Assembly: GCF_006345805.1 (NCBI RefSeq)
Contig: NC_043004.1
Span: 63,612,001-63,676,000 of the forward strand
DNA: 64,000 nt
Direction: 5' to 3'
From: Octopus sinensis
Taxonomy: Eukaryota
Part shown: positions 13,689-26,089 of the stretch, in pieces
Position numbering within the stretch: position 1 is the first letter of the stretch
Layout: each line of letters begins with the position of its first letter
Program-made: the position numbers and the translations under genes
The notes under the pieces: generated by a model
Databases searched by the model: none
What the model was told of the DNA's origin: nothing
What the model saw: the letters and a program-made list of their open reading frames with translations, nothing else

Positions 13689-14085
13689 AGGCGCAGGAGT
13701 GGCTGTGTAGTAAGTAGCTTGCTTACCAACCACATGGTTCCGGGTTCAGTTCCACTGCGTGGCACCTTGGGCAAGTGTCTTCTACTATAGCCTCGGCCGA
13801 CCAAAGCCTTGTGAGTGGATTTGGTAGACGGAAACTGAAAGAACCCGTCGTATATATATATTATTATATATATATGTGTGTGTGTATGTTTGTGTGTCTG
13901 TGTTTGTCCCCCTAGCATTGTTTGACAACCGATGCTGGTGTGTTTTACTTCCCCGTTACTTAGCGGTTCGGCAACAGAGCCCGATAGAATAAGTACTGGC
14001 TTACAAAAGAATAAGTCCCGGGGTCCAGTTGCTCGATTAAGGCGGTGCTCCAGCATGGCCGCAGTCAAAATGACTGAAACAAGGA
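13689..14085 (+). mobile_element. tRNA-headed SINE, family B (Deu/Nin-domain-like body)
   Basis: ggcgcaggagtggctgtg...ccttgggcaagtg...gccttgtgagtggatttggtagacggaaactgaaag...ggcggtgctccagcatggcc; same family at 32288 and 52236. Confidence 0.9.
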
Positions 14086-14155
14086 AAAAAAAAAGAGAAA
14101 AGAAAAAGATATATATCTATATACATATAGAATATATATATATATATATAGTATC

Positions 14156-14186
<31 letters not shown>

Positions 14187-14821
14187 AATCAAGCGTCTAG
14201 GAGGCGCTAAATTTCGAAACCGGTACGCGAGTGACCACACCATCATTTACTTGTTCTGACTCATTTGAAGGTAATACATTATTATTGTTCACTGATATTT
14301 TTTCCTATCTTGTCTGTAATAGATTTGTGACTTTTCGGTGGTACAGAAGTATTTTTAACTTCTCTAATTAGCGATATAGGGACCACGTAGTACCCTTCGT
14401 ATATATGTACATATCTAATATTGTATGTATATATTTATTAATTTGGCCTGTACGGCTTATCACTTATCGATATTATCGCTTGTGATGGTATTTAAATAAT
14501 ACCATCCCTATATTTATTTAAACATATATATACAGATATACATACATAACCTCTATAAATGGCTGATGATTGCTCAACATTTTAAAACTGTTGTAATACT
14601 TACAATGTTTAATAAAATGATGTAGTTTGTAGCGATCGTACCAAATTACCGAAATATTCTTGGCTTTATTTTGATTGTATATCACACCATGAATTTATAT
14701 GGATAATACCATACAAAATTCTGGTGCATCTAACTTAAGTACCATATTCATTTGAATCTAAATTTTGCTGAACTTATATATTATAACATGTATATATATG
14801 TATGGTATATTATGTCTACAT

Positions 14822-14892
14822 GCCTATTAACTTGGTTGGATTAGGAACATAATTGGACATGAAATATTACACGCTCTTGATGTTCATATTAC
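14822..14892 (+). pseudogene. M13 peptidase copy 1, damaged HEXXH exon ([22 protein letters not shown])
   Basis: GGA CAT GAA ATA TTA CAC GCT CTT GAT = GHEILHALD. The acceptor reads ctacaT|g instead of ag, and a 1-nt deletion (ggaacataatt) puts TAA in frame. The donor position is uncertain. Confidence 0.8.
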
Positions 14893-15167
14893 GTATCCAG
14901 TTCAGTATTGACGTATTTTACCCTCACAGAAACTCGGACTAATGATTATAAATAACCTATAATAGAATTATTTATATATTTATTTGCAATATATTTCACT
15001 TTTAAATAATGTTTTAGAATACTATTGGTATTAGAGTTTTTTGCATTGATAATCATTTTAACTTGATTTTTTGATGGTGAATTAATAGAAATATTAAAAT
15101 TACATATATGTACATATATATATATATGTACATATATATATTATGTATACATTTGTTTGGCATATAT

Positions 15168-15199
<32 letters not shown>

Positions 15200-15316
15200 T
15201 ATTATATATATAATATGTATATGTATATATATATATATATAATATATATATAATATATATAATATATATATCAAATATATATATGTATATATATACATAT
15301 ATATGTATATTTATAT

Positions 15317-15457
15317 ATATTTCACGTTTAAAAGTTTTTTAGAATTGTGTTGGTTATTAGAAATATTTAGACCATAAATATTTTACATTGATAGGTTAGT
15401 ATTTAAATTGAAATATTCAAATAACACAAATTCTAAAGACTTTTAAACGTGAAATAT
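15317..15457. mobile_element. Small hairpin MITE (about 140 bp) in a (TA)n tract
   Basis: atatttcacgtttaaaagtttttagaattgtgtt pairs with aacacaaattctaaagacttttaaacgtgaaatat. Confidence 0.75.
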
Positions 15458-15499
15458 ATATATATATACATATATATGTATATATATACATATATAATA

Positions 15500-15531
<32 letters not shown>

Positions 15532-15545
15532 CATATAATATATAT

Positions 15546-15594
<49 letters not shown>

Positions 15595-15599
15595 CATAG

Positions 15600-15657
<58 letters not shown>

Positions 15658-15663
<6 letters not shown>

Positions 15664-18600
15664 GTAAAAAGTGAAAAAACTACAGAAGGCTTAAAGGTTA
15701 AAAATATATATATTTGGCGTCAATATGTCTGAAGAATATTAAAAAAATTTTTTCCTTACAGTGACATAATTTAGAAGAAAGACCGGTTTCGCGTTTAGCT
15801 TTTCAAATTTCTTGCGACGGCTATGTTTATGTTGAATAGAGTGATCGTTATGTTCATGTTCAAAAGAGTTCTAAATAAGGGGAGGTATGAGTGATTTTTT
15901 CCGGTGTAAGGGAGATAATCGCTTAAAGTTTTTCCTTTCCCTTGGTGTGAATTTCTCTGTATCAGTATGTTGGCATGGTTAAGTCTGGGCTTGTATTTTC
16001 AATGAAGAATGTTTCCTTGTTTAGTCTAATTTGTGTTGATGATCCGATTGCACATTGGTAAAATGGAAGATTAAAAATGTGGTAGTATTGCTTTCCGCAT
16101 TTCTCAATGTGCTCACTAAAAGGTATCATTCTGTATTCTGGGGAATGCAATCTGTTGTCGATGCAGTGTGCATCTACGTCTGAGTGATAGTCCCGTGGAT
16201 CCCACGTAGTCTTGGTGGCAGCCCGAGCATTTTATGACATGAATTATGTTTTCAGAGGCACAAGTAAGTTAGATTTGATCTTGAATTCTGTCCCTCTTTA
16301 AAGAGGAATCTGATCCTTCTAGCAGGTCTGGACATGTTGGCACAGTTCGATCTACCACATTTTTTTTACTTTTGCATCCGTAATTTCAGAAAACAATTTT
16401 GCCTTTGTGAGAATCTTTTTAAAGTGATTTAGGTTGTTTGTAGCTTTTAATGATTTGGTGTATGTTTAGAATTTCCTTTAATTTGGGGTCCTTATGAAGT
16501 ATTGGTAAATTCTGGGTGATGATGGTAAGGCTTCTTTGTTTCTCTGGGGGTTGTATGTAGATATGTAAGGTAGATTCGGGGAAGGTGTGGTTGTTGTGTT
16601 GAACTTTTCTTAAGTTTCTATGTTGATTTCTGTTGCACGTCTGATCCCATCCTCTATGAGTTGAGTTGGTAATGTCTGTCAATTAGGGTGTTTTTGAGTT
16701 CTTGCAGTCTAATGTTCCTGGTATTTTGTTCTGACCATTGTGCATACCTTCTTGCAAGGTTGAAGGGGATGTTTGTTTTAGTGTGTCTTGGGTGGGCATG
16801 ATTAAAAGAGGTATTGTTTGGTGTCTGTGGCTTTGTAAAAATGTATGTTTCTATTTTAAGGTTAATTTTTTTAATTAGTATCATCCAAGAACGGAGTTCC
16901 TTTTGGTTGTATTCCATTGTGAACTGTATATTTGGGTTTTGCTGTTCAATAGGTTTTTAAATTTTAGGAGTTTATCTGTGTTTTCATTTCCAGAGTATAA
17001 AACATCGTCTAAGAATCGTTTCCAATTCTCTTTTATGTATTGAGAAAGGGGGTTTCCAAAGATTGATAAAGATTCCTGTAATGATTATTTCCATGTAGCC
17101 CATTGTTAGGTTCGCAATGACTGGTGCTGCCCTTGTACCCATAGCAATTCCGGATTTTTTACGGTAAAATGTATTGTCAAACATGAAGTGGTTATTATGT
17201 AGGATGAATTCAATTGATTTAGTAATGAATTCTTTACTGATCCTTTTTGGTATTTCTTCCGAAATTGGTCCAGCCAGAACTGTATTGCCTCTAGTCCATA
17301 ATTAATTAGGTATACTTGTATATAAGTTAACTACATCAAATGAAACCAGGATTGTCTCTCTTGGCTTTTTTTTGGAAGGTGTTTAACATATCTAAGTCAT
17401 CTCTGATATGGCTATCGATATGTTTAAGGAAGGGTTCAGGAGGATGTCCATAAATAGACTTAGTCTGTGTGTTTCACAGGTTGGGCCAGCTACCATGGGT
17501 CGTAGTTTTAGGTCCCCCGGGTTAGGTGTGTGTATGTATGTCTTTGGTGATTTTTTAATGGTTTCATTTATAATTTGGCTTTTATGAATTTTGGCAGACC
17601 ATAGAAAGGCTAGGTTTACATTTAAAGTTTGTTAGAAAGTCAATCTCTTTGGTTTTAGTTCCTTCATGGGTTTTAATTAGTGAAGATAGAGTTTTCATTA
17701 TTTTTTGTGGGGTGTAGTTGGTATTTTGTCATAATGTAGGTCGTCATCAAGCAAGGAAATTACAAGATTTCTATAGTATGATTATATCCATTATTACAAC
17801 TGCACTTCCCTTGTCTGCTTCCTTAATGGTTATATCCTCATCATTTTGAAGTTCTATCAGTTGCTTCCATTGTGTAGGGTTATAATTTGAGTTAACTTTC
17901 TGTTTATGTATAGTATGGTAGGGAAAGTTCTCAATGTGGTTACAGAATTCATCAAGATCTATATTTCTTCCTCTGTGTGGAATGTGTTCACTTTTGTTCT
18001 TGACTATGATTCATCTTCAGTATTGAACTGGTTGATGCTTCTGCTAGTCTTAATTTTCTGCAAAATTCTGTTATATTATCCTTGATTTCATTAGGTTGGC
18101 TCTACGTGGAGTTGGTGTAAATTTGAGCTCTTTGAGAGGATGTCAATTTTATGTTAGAAAGAGGTTTGGTGGTTGAAGATTGATTATCTTCGTTTTTCCT
18201 TATTACTAGGTTCCAGCCTGTGTCCTGGTGTCTCTCTGGTCCCTGGCTAAAAAATGTTGGGTGTAATTTTGTTTGTATGAGTTTGTCTGTGAGTTGTGTG
18301 ATATTGGGTCGGGGGAATGATGGTATTGTTGCCCCCGATCGTTGTGTGTGTGGGAATCTATGGTTGTTTTTGTTTTGTGGTGTGTAAAGTTTCTGTATGT
18401 GAAATATTTTTGTTTCGAACTGCTTGTATGTGGGATGTGTCTTGACATAGTGTTTTTTTGCGTTTGTCTTGTGTTCAGTGGGGACAGTAATTTTGGTTCA
18501 TGGGGTAGTAGCGACTTGTGTGTGGTGTATTTCTTATTCTAGTGTCGTTTTGTGCTGTATGGTGGTTGGGTCTGGTATTAGGATGTTGTTGGTTGTTTCT

Positions 18601-19723
18601 GTTTTTGGTGTAATTTATTTCATAGACGCGTCGTCTGTCAGCTAGTTCCCTGTTAGGTCTTGCGTGGTTTGCAAAGGTTGGTTGTGGGTGATTTCTGTTT
18701 TTAGTGTATGGAGGATAGTTGGGGGTTGTTCGGGGTTGGTTTGGTTTTTTCTTTTTTATTTTTTGTAATTTTCTTAAGGAAGGGATATTTGTACCCAATT
18801 CATTTTTGAAATTGAACTATATTTTTGGAAGAAATCGATGTTTTTCTCCCAGCGCTGGAGATATTTCTCTCTTCTTTTTCACAGGTATCCTTCCCATTAC
18901 TAATGTATTTTCGAGGGGTTGTCCCTCGGTATGTTTTTGTATTATATTGTGCATCTCCTCGTCGATGCTTTAAATTTTTCCTCATTTGTGGGACCCTTAG
19001 TCTTAAAAGCTCTATTTTCTGATCTTAAATTGAACAGAGCTGACTTTTCCCTAATAGTTCTCTGTCCGTCAGGCTCGTTAGGAATTAATTTTATCTGGAA
19101 TTTGCGTGGAGGATAATTGGTGTTGAGTTCATCATCCCTCCCTCGTATATATCTGCTTTGTTGAATTTTTTTATCATGTTCCAGAAGGCGAGCTTTCTAT
19201 TGTGCAGGTTTGTATTCCAAATGTTTCCTATTTTTCTTTTGTTGGGTTAATTTGGGAGCGTATGATGTCCTGCTGTGTTTCCATTTGGTGTGTGTTTTTT
19301 TTATTTTCGGATTTGTTGATGAAATTGAATTTAGTGTTGTGTATAACAGTTTGCAGATCCTTACTAACCTGGTCAGTGTAGCGAGTTGTCTCATCATTGG
19401 CTTTTACTTCCCGGCGAGTAGGTTTGATTTCCTCGATTTTGTTGTTCAGGGTAAGAGCTGTGTATTGATACTTTTCAGTTCTTTGAGTATGTCCTCATTT
19501 GTAGTTTTAATCCGAGGTGTTGGTCTTTCTGTGGCATTTTCGGTCTCACGTGTTTAATATATAGATAAGAAAGTTGGTTTGTGAAAGCACGTGGTTGAAT
19601 ATATAGAAAATAGTAAAAAGTGAAAAAACTACAGAAGGCTTAAAGGTTAAAAAATATATATATTTGCGTCAATATGTCTGAAGAATATAAAAAAAAAATT
19701 TTTCCTTACAATGACATAATTTA
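15658..19723 (-). mobile_element. Near full-length Penelope-like element (RT + GIY-YIG) with about 115-bp direct terminal repeats (pLTR)
   Basis: RT motifs LVSFDVVNLYTSIP and FYRKKSGIAMGTRAAPVIANL; GIY-YIG NIIHVIKCSGCHQDYVGSTG; repeats at 15658-15773 and 19608-19723; (TA)n on both sides; many 1-nt frameshifts. Confidence 0.93.
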
Positions 19724-20280
19724 TATATATAAATGTATATATATGCATACATATGTATACATACATATATATATATGGTACATATATATAATTTTAATAT
19801 TTCTATAAAATCACCATCATCAAATCAAGTTAAATGATTATCAATGCAAAAACTCTAATACCATAGTATTCTACAACATTATTTAAAAGTTAAAATATAT
19901 TGCAAATAAATTATAAATAATTCTATAATTCCAAATCGAATGCAAACTTATTACATATGAACATTTACAAATTTGTATGATTAACTAATATTAATCATAC
20001 TGTTAATCATTATTGAACCATTATGACTCGGGTGAATATTAACCATATGAGAAATTCCTAACTGTATTAACAATTAAAACATACCACAGATGGACGAGCT
20101 AATTGTTAGCTTCCTCTTTGCTCACTACAAGTAATTAATGTATATTAAAACTGACAATGAATATCGTTAACTTTTCTTCAACTGGTGTACGACGACACTT
20201 TACAGACTGATTAAATATAAAATAGTGAAGTAATTGTAATCTGTATTGTGTACTGCGGGATGGGTCATTTTATTATTATT

Positions 20281-20346
20281 TTTAATTATTATTATTATTA
20301 TTATTATTATTTATTATTATTATTATTATTTATTATTATTATTATA

Positions 20347-20402
<56 letters not shown>

Positions 20403-20405
20403 TAA
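20281..20405. repeat. (TTA)n directly followed by (TAA)n, a self-complementary microsatellite
   Basis: Direct reading. Confidence 0.9.
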
Positions 20406-21329
20406 TATTTTGCCAAATAACACAACGCACTATATATTTTTCACTCTTTTTTTACTGTTATTTTATTATTTTTACGCCCCATCCATTGCCCCAGAAATCT
20501 TTCGTCACTCATCTGCAATCTCTTCAGCTCCACTTTTCGTTTCAGTGTATGTTCTTGTTCCACTGACTCCATTCTGAAATGATAAAATAACAATAATAAA
20601 TGAGTGAAGAAATAATACAGCGCCTGTGTTTATTTGGTATAATAAAAATTCTAATAATAAAAAGACCATCGGGAATTACATCAATATCTCTTTCAACACA
20701 AAAACGATTTCCACCACGAATCTTTCAAAACGAAATGATAACCGTTATTATTATTAATGTAACTAGCAAAATTGTTATAAATGTGAAGATTGAATCAAGG
20801 CTTTAATTCTTTGGCTCATAAATAATTGTACGAAAACATTTGTGAAAGAACTTCACCGTTCAATGAGTGTGTACAATGATTTTCAGTGGATGTTAACTAA
20901 CTGAGGGCTTTTGCGTGATTAATTAATATTAATTGGGAAGTGAGAGGCAGTATGATGTCCAAAGTGAAATTTTATTACAACTGGATCTTTACTACATAGC
21001 AAATATGTTTTAGAAAAATGTAAGTAGCATTATCGATTATTATGATACAACTATAATTACAAAGTGACTATATTTGACTCAAATTTGGCGAGGACAGTCG
21101 ATATATAACTTTGATTCCTACTTAACATTCATATTATTTTCTCTAATAATAAAGTAAAAAGTTGAAGGTTACCAACCAACAATATTCAAACTGAGAACGC
21201 AAAAAGCTAGAATACAAAAATCTCTTCGAAGTATTTATCATGAAGAGTGTATACATAAAGCTATTTAGAGACAAGTATGACTTAACTTTAATATGCTTTT
21301 TGCTCAAAGTCTTAGGTGTCTATATAGCC

Positions 21330-21530
21330 ACACTCAAACATACACATCCACTCGCCCTCTTAAATTGAGTTAGTGGAGGGTCCAGGATACAACAGTTGAG
21401 GTGAGTGTGCTGACAGACGCGGACTGTTCTTCCGAATACAGTGGAGCAGCATACCATGAAGAGACAAATGCATTGCATAGTCCACGAATCGAACCCACTG
21501 CTATGATCTTCTAACAAGTTGGCTACATGA
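21330..21530 (-). mobile_element. Degenerate tRNA-headed SINE
   Basis: Minus strand ...gcagtgggttcgattcgtggact... B-box-like head. Confidence 0.45.
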
Positions 21531-21689
21531 TTTCATAATGAATATCTAACATACCCAAAATATTTTCATCCTCACAACCTTCCCCTCATCCTCGGGCTGG
21601 CGTTGTCGTCTCAGTGGTGCGATTGGTGTTATTCGAGACAGTTTTAGGAGGAATTACCAACAAAAGCTGGGTACAATCACGCGTTGTTA

Positions 21690-21824
21690 CAGCACTACTA
21701 CTCTACACTACTACTACTAACTACTACTACTACTACTACTACTACTCTACTACTACTACTATTACTTCTACTACTACTACAACTAATACTACTACTAATA
21801 ACTACTACAACTATTACTACTAAC

Positions 21825-21859
<35 letters not shown>

Positions 21860-21910
21860 CACCACCACCACCCACTACTACTACTACTACTACACTACTA
21901 CTACTACTCA
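21690..21910. repeat. Compound (CTA)n/(CAC)n microsatellite
   Basis: Direct reading; source of the poly-T/Y/L ORFs. Confidence 0.95.
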
Positions 21911-22169
21911 CACACAGCCATAACTGCGATAAACACTGTATCCTGAATCACTACCAAACCATATATAATTCTTACTATCGTTCTACCCATGAAGTAGATA
22001 TTTCTACTCCACCAAACAATGGATTAATTTTTTTTTATTGATTAACCTTATTAACCTCACCGAATTTTTATGCTGCTTATGTCCAACTGATGACTCATAA
22101 AAATGCCAGATTAATCCAAATTTAGCTAATTCTACATTTTCCATAAATCTATAACCTGGATTATTTCAG

Positions 22170-22291
22170 ATCAAAAACTCCCAGTTTAAGAGCATGTGGT
22201 TAACCAGGAATCTCAGGATAATATAATGTGCTGAAACAAACGGTCATCAAATCATATTCGCGGATATAGAATTAAGTCTTTGAATACCAAT
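22170..22291 (+). pseudogene. M13 peptidase copy 1, damaged exon (xQNSQFKSMWLTQESQDKYNVLKQTVIKSYSGYRIKSLNTN after correction)
   Basis: atttcag/gtaagt sites, 122 nt like copy-2 exon 55749-55870. Four compensating 1-nt indels are needed to restore homology; three lie in homopolymer runs. Confidence 0.8.
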
Positions 22292-22349
22292 GTAAGTATT
22301 ATAACGCCTTCAAATGGGGCATTATTATCTCTCTCCTCCTCTCTCTCTC

Positions 22350-22380
<31 letters not shown>

Positions 22381-22506
22381 TGATATCTATATATATCTTA
22401 TATATATATTTCCTTTTTATTTACTCTTCGTATACATATGTATATGTATAATCCGTAGATATACTTTCATATAAGCATGCGGTATACATAACGTATATAT
22501 ACGCGC

Positions 22507-22537
<31 letters not shown>

Positions 22538-22539
22538 AC

Positions 22540-22570
<31 letters not shown>

Positions 22571-22704
22571 GTATATATAGTTTTTTGTTTTGACCAGCTA
22601 TATAAACTCATCTTGTATCTAGTTTAATAGTGACATAGCACGAAGCTCTCGGTCCTTGCAATACTTTGTTGCTTCTGCTAAACATTAATAATAATATTCA
22701 TGTA

Positions 22705-23443
22705 TGCGCTGGTGTCAAAATGTCCCAGACTAGTTATGGGGTTGATAAATGATTTAATAAAAGATTACATATTTACCAAAGTTTTAACATAAATTTCCTT
22801 CGCAATAGTCATCTTGCGCGAGCAAAACACCGGTCTCAGTCTTCCTGCCACTTTTGGAATCCGGCCTTGAACTTGTTTTCCGTAAACAGTCGAAGATTTT
22901 CTGCGATCTCGACAACAGTGTTAAAACAGTGAGCATTGAGTTGCATTTCATCTTGTAGAAGAGTTGAAAGCCCGCAGCTGCTAAATCTGGCGAATAAGCC
23001 GGGTGCGCAAACGATACCATGTTGTTTGTGACAAGAAATACACGTGAGAGGAGAGCTTGATGACAGTGTGCATCGTCGTCGTGAATAATTCAGTCTTTGC
23101 ACTTCATAGATCCAGACACTTTCTCCAAATGTCCTGCATCAATTCTTCAAAACGTCGCAGTAAACCTACCTCCGGTTGATGATCCGGCACCGGGGGAATA
23201 AATCTTCATGTACAATACTACATTTCCTGATGTGACGTTCGTGCTATGTCTTCCACATCGCTCATCGTCTTCTAGGGATGCTCTTGCTTCCGCTTTGGAA
23301 ACGTCCATGTCATTCGAAACATGGCGTACAATCCATTGTCAACGTCGTTGTAAGCTTGCCGAAGTATGCTTTATATTTCTGTATTCAGACTTCACAAGCT
23401 TAACGTAAAATCCCTACGTTGGCTCCTTTTTTTGTCTATGATC
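22705..23443 (-). mobile_element. Internally deleted mariner relic, cut by the gap
   Basis: HPAYSPDLAAAGFQLF, SLEDDERCGRHST; TA plus TIR-like tgcgctggtgtcaaaatgtcccagact at the left end. Confidence 0.85.
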
Positions 23444-23543
23444 NNNNNNNNNNNNNNNNNNNNNNNNNNNNNNNNNNNNNNNNNNNNNNNNNNNNNNNNN
23501 NNNNNNNNNNNNNNNNNNNNNNNNNNNNNNNNNNNNNNNNNNN
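23444..23543. other. Assembly gap (exactly 100 N)
   Basis: Run of 100 n; a round number suggests a placeholder of unknown true size. Confidence 0.97.
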
Positions 23544-23554
23544 TTATATATATC

Positions 23555-23605
<51 letters not shown>

Positions 23606-23987
23606 TACATTATAGCTAAGCCTGCCATCCAGAGGACATGTTTCTGAGTCTTGCTCGTCATAAGTCTGGAGTGACAATGGACTGCTAGCTGAAGATACCT
23701 GTCTAGGCTTTGAAATAATATATATTTTCAGTGAAGTATATTCACTGATCACCAAAAGAGGAAAATATTAATATTTATAAAATATATGTTGAGGGTGCTT
23801 GTCTCCCCTTTGTAAACATGACACAGGAAAGGGGTCAAAGCCGACAGAAAGCGTTGATGCTTCCTAGGGCTAAATAGCGGTGTTGTGATTCTCTTTATGG
23901 GACGGTCACGTTAAGTTGACAGTATACAAAACTGCTCTATCGTTCCACCACTGCTTATATCTCTCTGAGATATTTAGAAATTTAATA

Positions 23988-24023
<36 letters not shown>

Positions 24024-24031
24024 CTATATAT

Positions 24032-24062
<31 letters not shown>

Positions 24063-24109
24063 TATATTATATGTATGCATGCATGTTTGTGTGTGTATGT
24101 ATACATTCA

Positions 24110-24620
24110 TTGAAATAACGACAGAGAATTATATGTCTACACAGACATTATTATTACGATACAAGGCTTTTTGCAAAAGGGACATGAAGGCCTGCAACAT
24201 CAATATTAGCAACTGGGAAGTAGTTACCCAGCAACCGTGGGGATTGGCGACGTACCGTAAAAGAGGGAACACAAAGCAGTGACAGAGAGAGAGAGGGAAA
24301 ATGGAAAGACAAGAAAAGACGTCAACAAGAAACTGACATTACAACCAGCCAGGTTCCATGTGATAAAAATTTAAAGCAGTTTTATGATGATCTCGCACAG
24401 TATTGGGAAAAGTACCAATTTCTGACATGCTGGGCATATTGGGAGATTTCAATGCTAAGAGTTGGAAAGGGCTATGTTTCATGGCCTGTTTTTGATCGAT
24501 ATGTGATTAGAAGATGTATATAAATGGAGTTGCTCTTTTGACGTTTTGTACTGAGAATGATCTGGTTGTCACCAACACTCTGTTTAAAACAGAGTCATAA
24601 AATAGGGTGCGTAGACGCAA
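24110..24620 (+). mobile_element. RTE LINE fragments (3' RT end, then APE endonuclease piece)
   Basis: LLRYKAFCKRDMKACNINISNWE; then FYDDL, GDFNA, NGVALLTFCTENDLVVTNTLF. Confidence 0.75.
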
Positions 24621-24764
24621 TATGTATTGAGAAAATTGACGTCAATGGTTAGCACTTTAAAACTTATGGTCTCCGTTTTCATTAACGTAATTAAGCTTTA
24701 GTCGCTACACAAGATGTATGTAAAATTTTTTCTTATCTTAATTTTCGTTTTCGATTTTATTAAG

Positions 24765-24879
24765 GGATTTTATAAACATCGCTTTTCTTCAAATATTACA
24801 AGAATTCTATGGAATGATACCAACTATTGGAATGTACTTAGCGGATTCAATTTCTAACCTGGGAGTTGCACGCAATTAT
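24765..24879 (+). CDS. M13 peptidase copy 2, exon (R)DFINIAFLQILQEFYGMIPTIGMYLADSISNLGVARNY, phase 2-0
   Basis: ttttattaag acceptor, gtaagt donor, open 115 nt; position and phase match the neprilysin R|DLQNLMSWRF exon. Sequence similarity is weak. Confidence 0.7.
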
Positions 24880-24929
24880 GTAAGTTCATTTAGTTTTCAT
24901 TTATCTTCCCTTTATCAGATACCAATAAG

Positions 24930-25250
24930 AGTGGGTGGATAAGAAGTTTGCTTCACAATCATACGGTTCCGGGTACTAGTTGACTGCATGACAAATTGAG
25001 CAAGCTGCTTTCTATGATAACACTGATAAAAGAAATAAGTTGCATAGACGTTTGCGCACCCCAGTATATGAGTGAATACACGTGTGTATGTGTGTGTGAA
25101 GGAATATGAAAGATATATTAAGTGTAGAACAAGAGTTATTGTAGGAGTCGGCATCGAAGATAATCGGTGCATGTCCAAACAATTCAGAACTCAATCCGGA
25201 CTCCTGCTATCTACATATTCGAAACTGGATCTTGAGGAAAATCGAAATAT
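24930..25250 (+). mobile_element. Old family B SINE
   Basis: aagaagtttgcttcacaatcatacggttccgggt...gagcaagctgctttcta resembles the family B head. Confidence 0.55.
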
Positions 25251-26089
25251 CACTGTTCAATGAGTTCTAGGCATCTCAACGGTTCTAGGTTTTAGGGAAA
25301 GTAAAATGCAATCCAAATAATGAGAACGAATTTAGCACAACATCACTTTCACTTATAATTGTTCCAGTATCACTCACTTTCAACTCTCGAACGTAAACAA
25401 TTTCATGTGAGAATTCTCTTAATTTATGAGGTTGACTACATTTGAGATGTATTTATTAGACTTACATAGAAAATCCCCCTCACAATGTGCGGCAGTTAAG
25501 TATCTAACGTTGCTTATATATGAGAAAACAATTAGCAAATAAACTCGCAAAATTTAAAATTCATATTATTATTTATGAAATGATTAGATTTTGAACCCAC
25601 AAATCTAAAAGATTGTTACACCCTTCTGTTAATGAAACAGTCGACAAATTCCTTAAGTTGATTTCTAAGTGAATAATAGTAAAGAAGAGGTGACATTGAA
25701 CACGAGCATGTTTATTATTGGTGTAATAATCCTCCTGGAAGTGAAAGGGACCCGTTGCGAGAATTAATCTTCTACAATGTGTATTTGCTCCTCGACACGA
25801 TTCATAAAATCCCTAACTTTATTCAAATCTGCTTATATTTGTTACGTATTTTGGCACAAGTCCAGCAATTTCAGGGGAGGGATTAAGTCGACTACATCGA
25901 TACCAGTCTTCAACTCGAATTAATTTTATCGAACCCGAAAGGCTGGAGGGCGCGAGCACACAATTGATGGACCTCATAGCCCGGAGAAAGGATGTCTAGA
26001 GAGAGAGAGAGAGGAGGGAGAGAGAGAAGGAGAGAGAGATGGGGCAGAGAGAGAGGAGAGAGAGAGAGAGAGAGAGAGAGACGGAGTAA

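Larger units (their letters stand above)
14962..19930. mobile_element. Outer foldback element: about 170-bp inverted arms (14962-15135, 19755-19930) enclosing nested insertions
   Basis: agaattattta...gcattgataatcatt..aacttga...agaaatattaaaatta on the left is the reverse complement of the right arm. Confidence 0.8.

Noticed and set aside
14190-14230. gcgt-ctagga-g...c-GAAAC-CG-GTA-cgc hammerhead-like string
   Set aside because: The core lacks a G and stem II is weak; at most a dead relic.
14560-14600. CTGATGA...aaaactgttgta
   Set aside because: No GAAA and no pairing stems.
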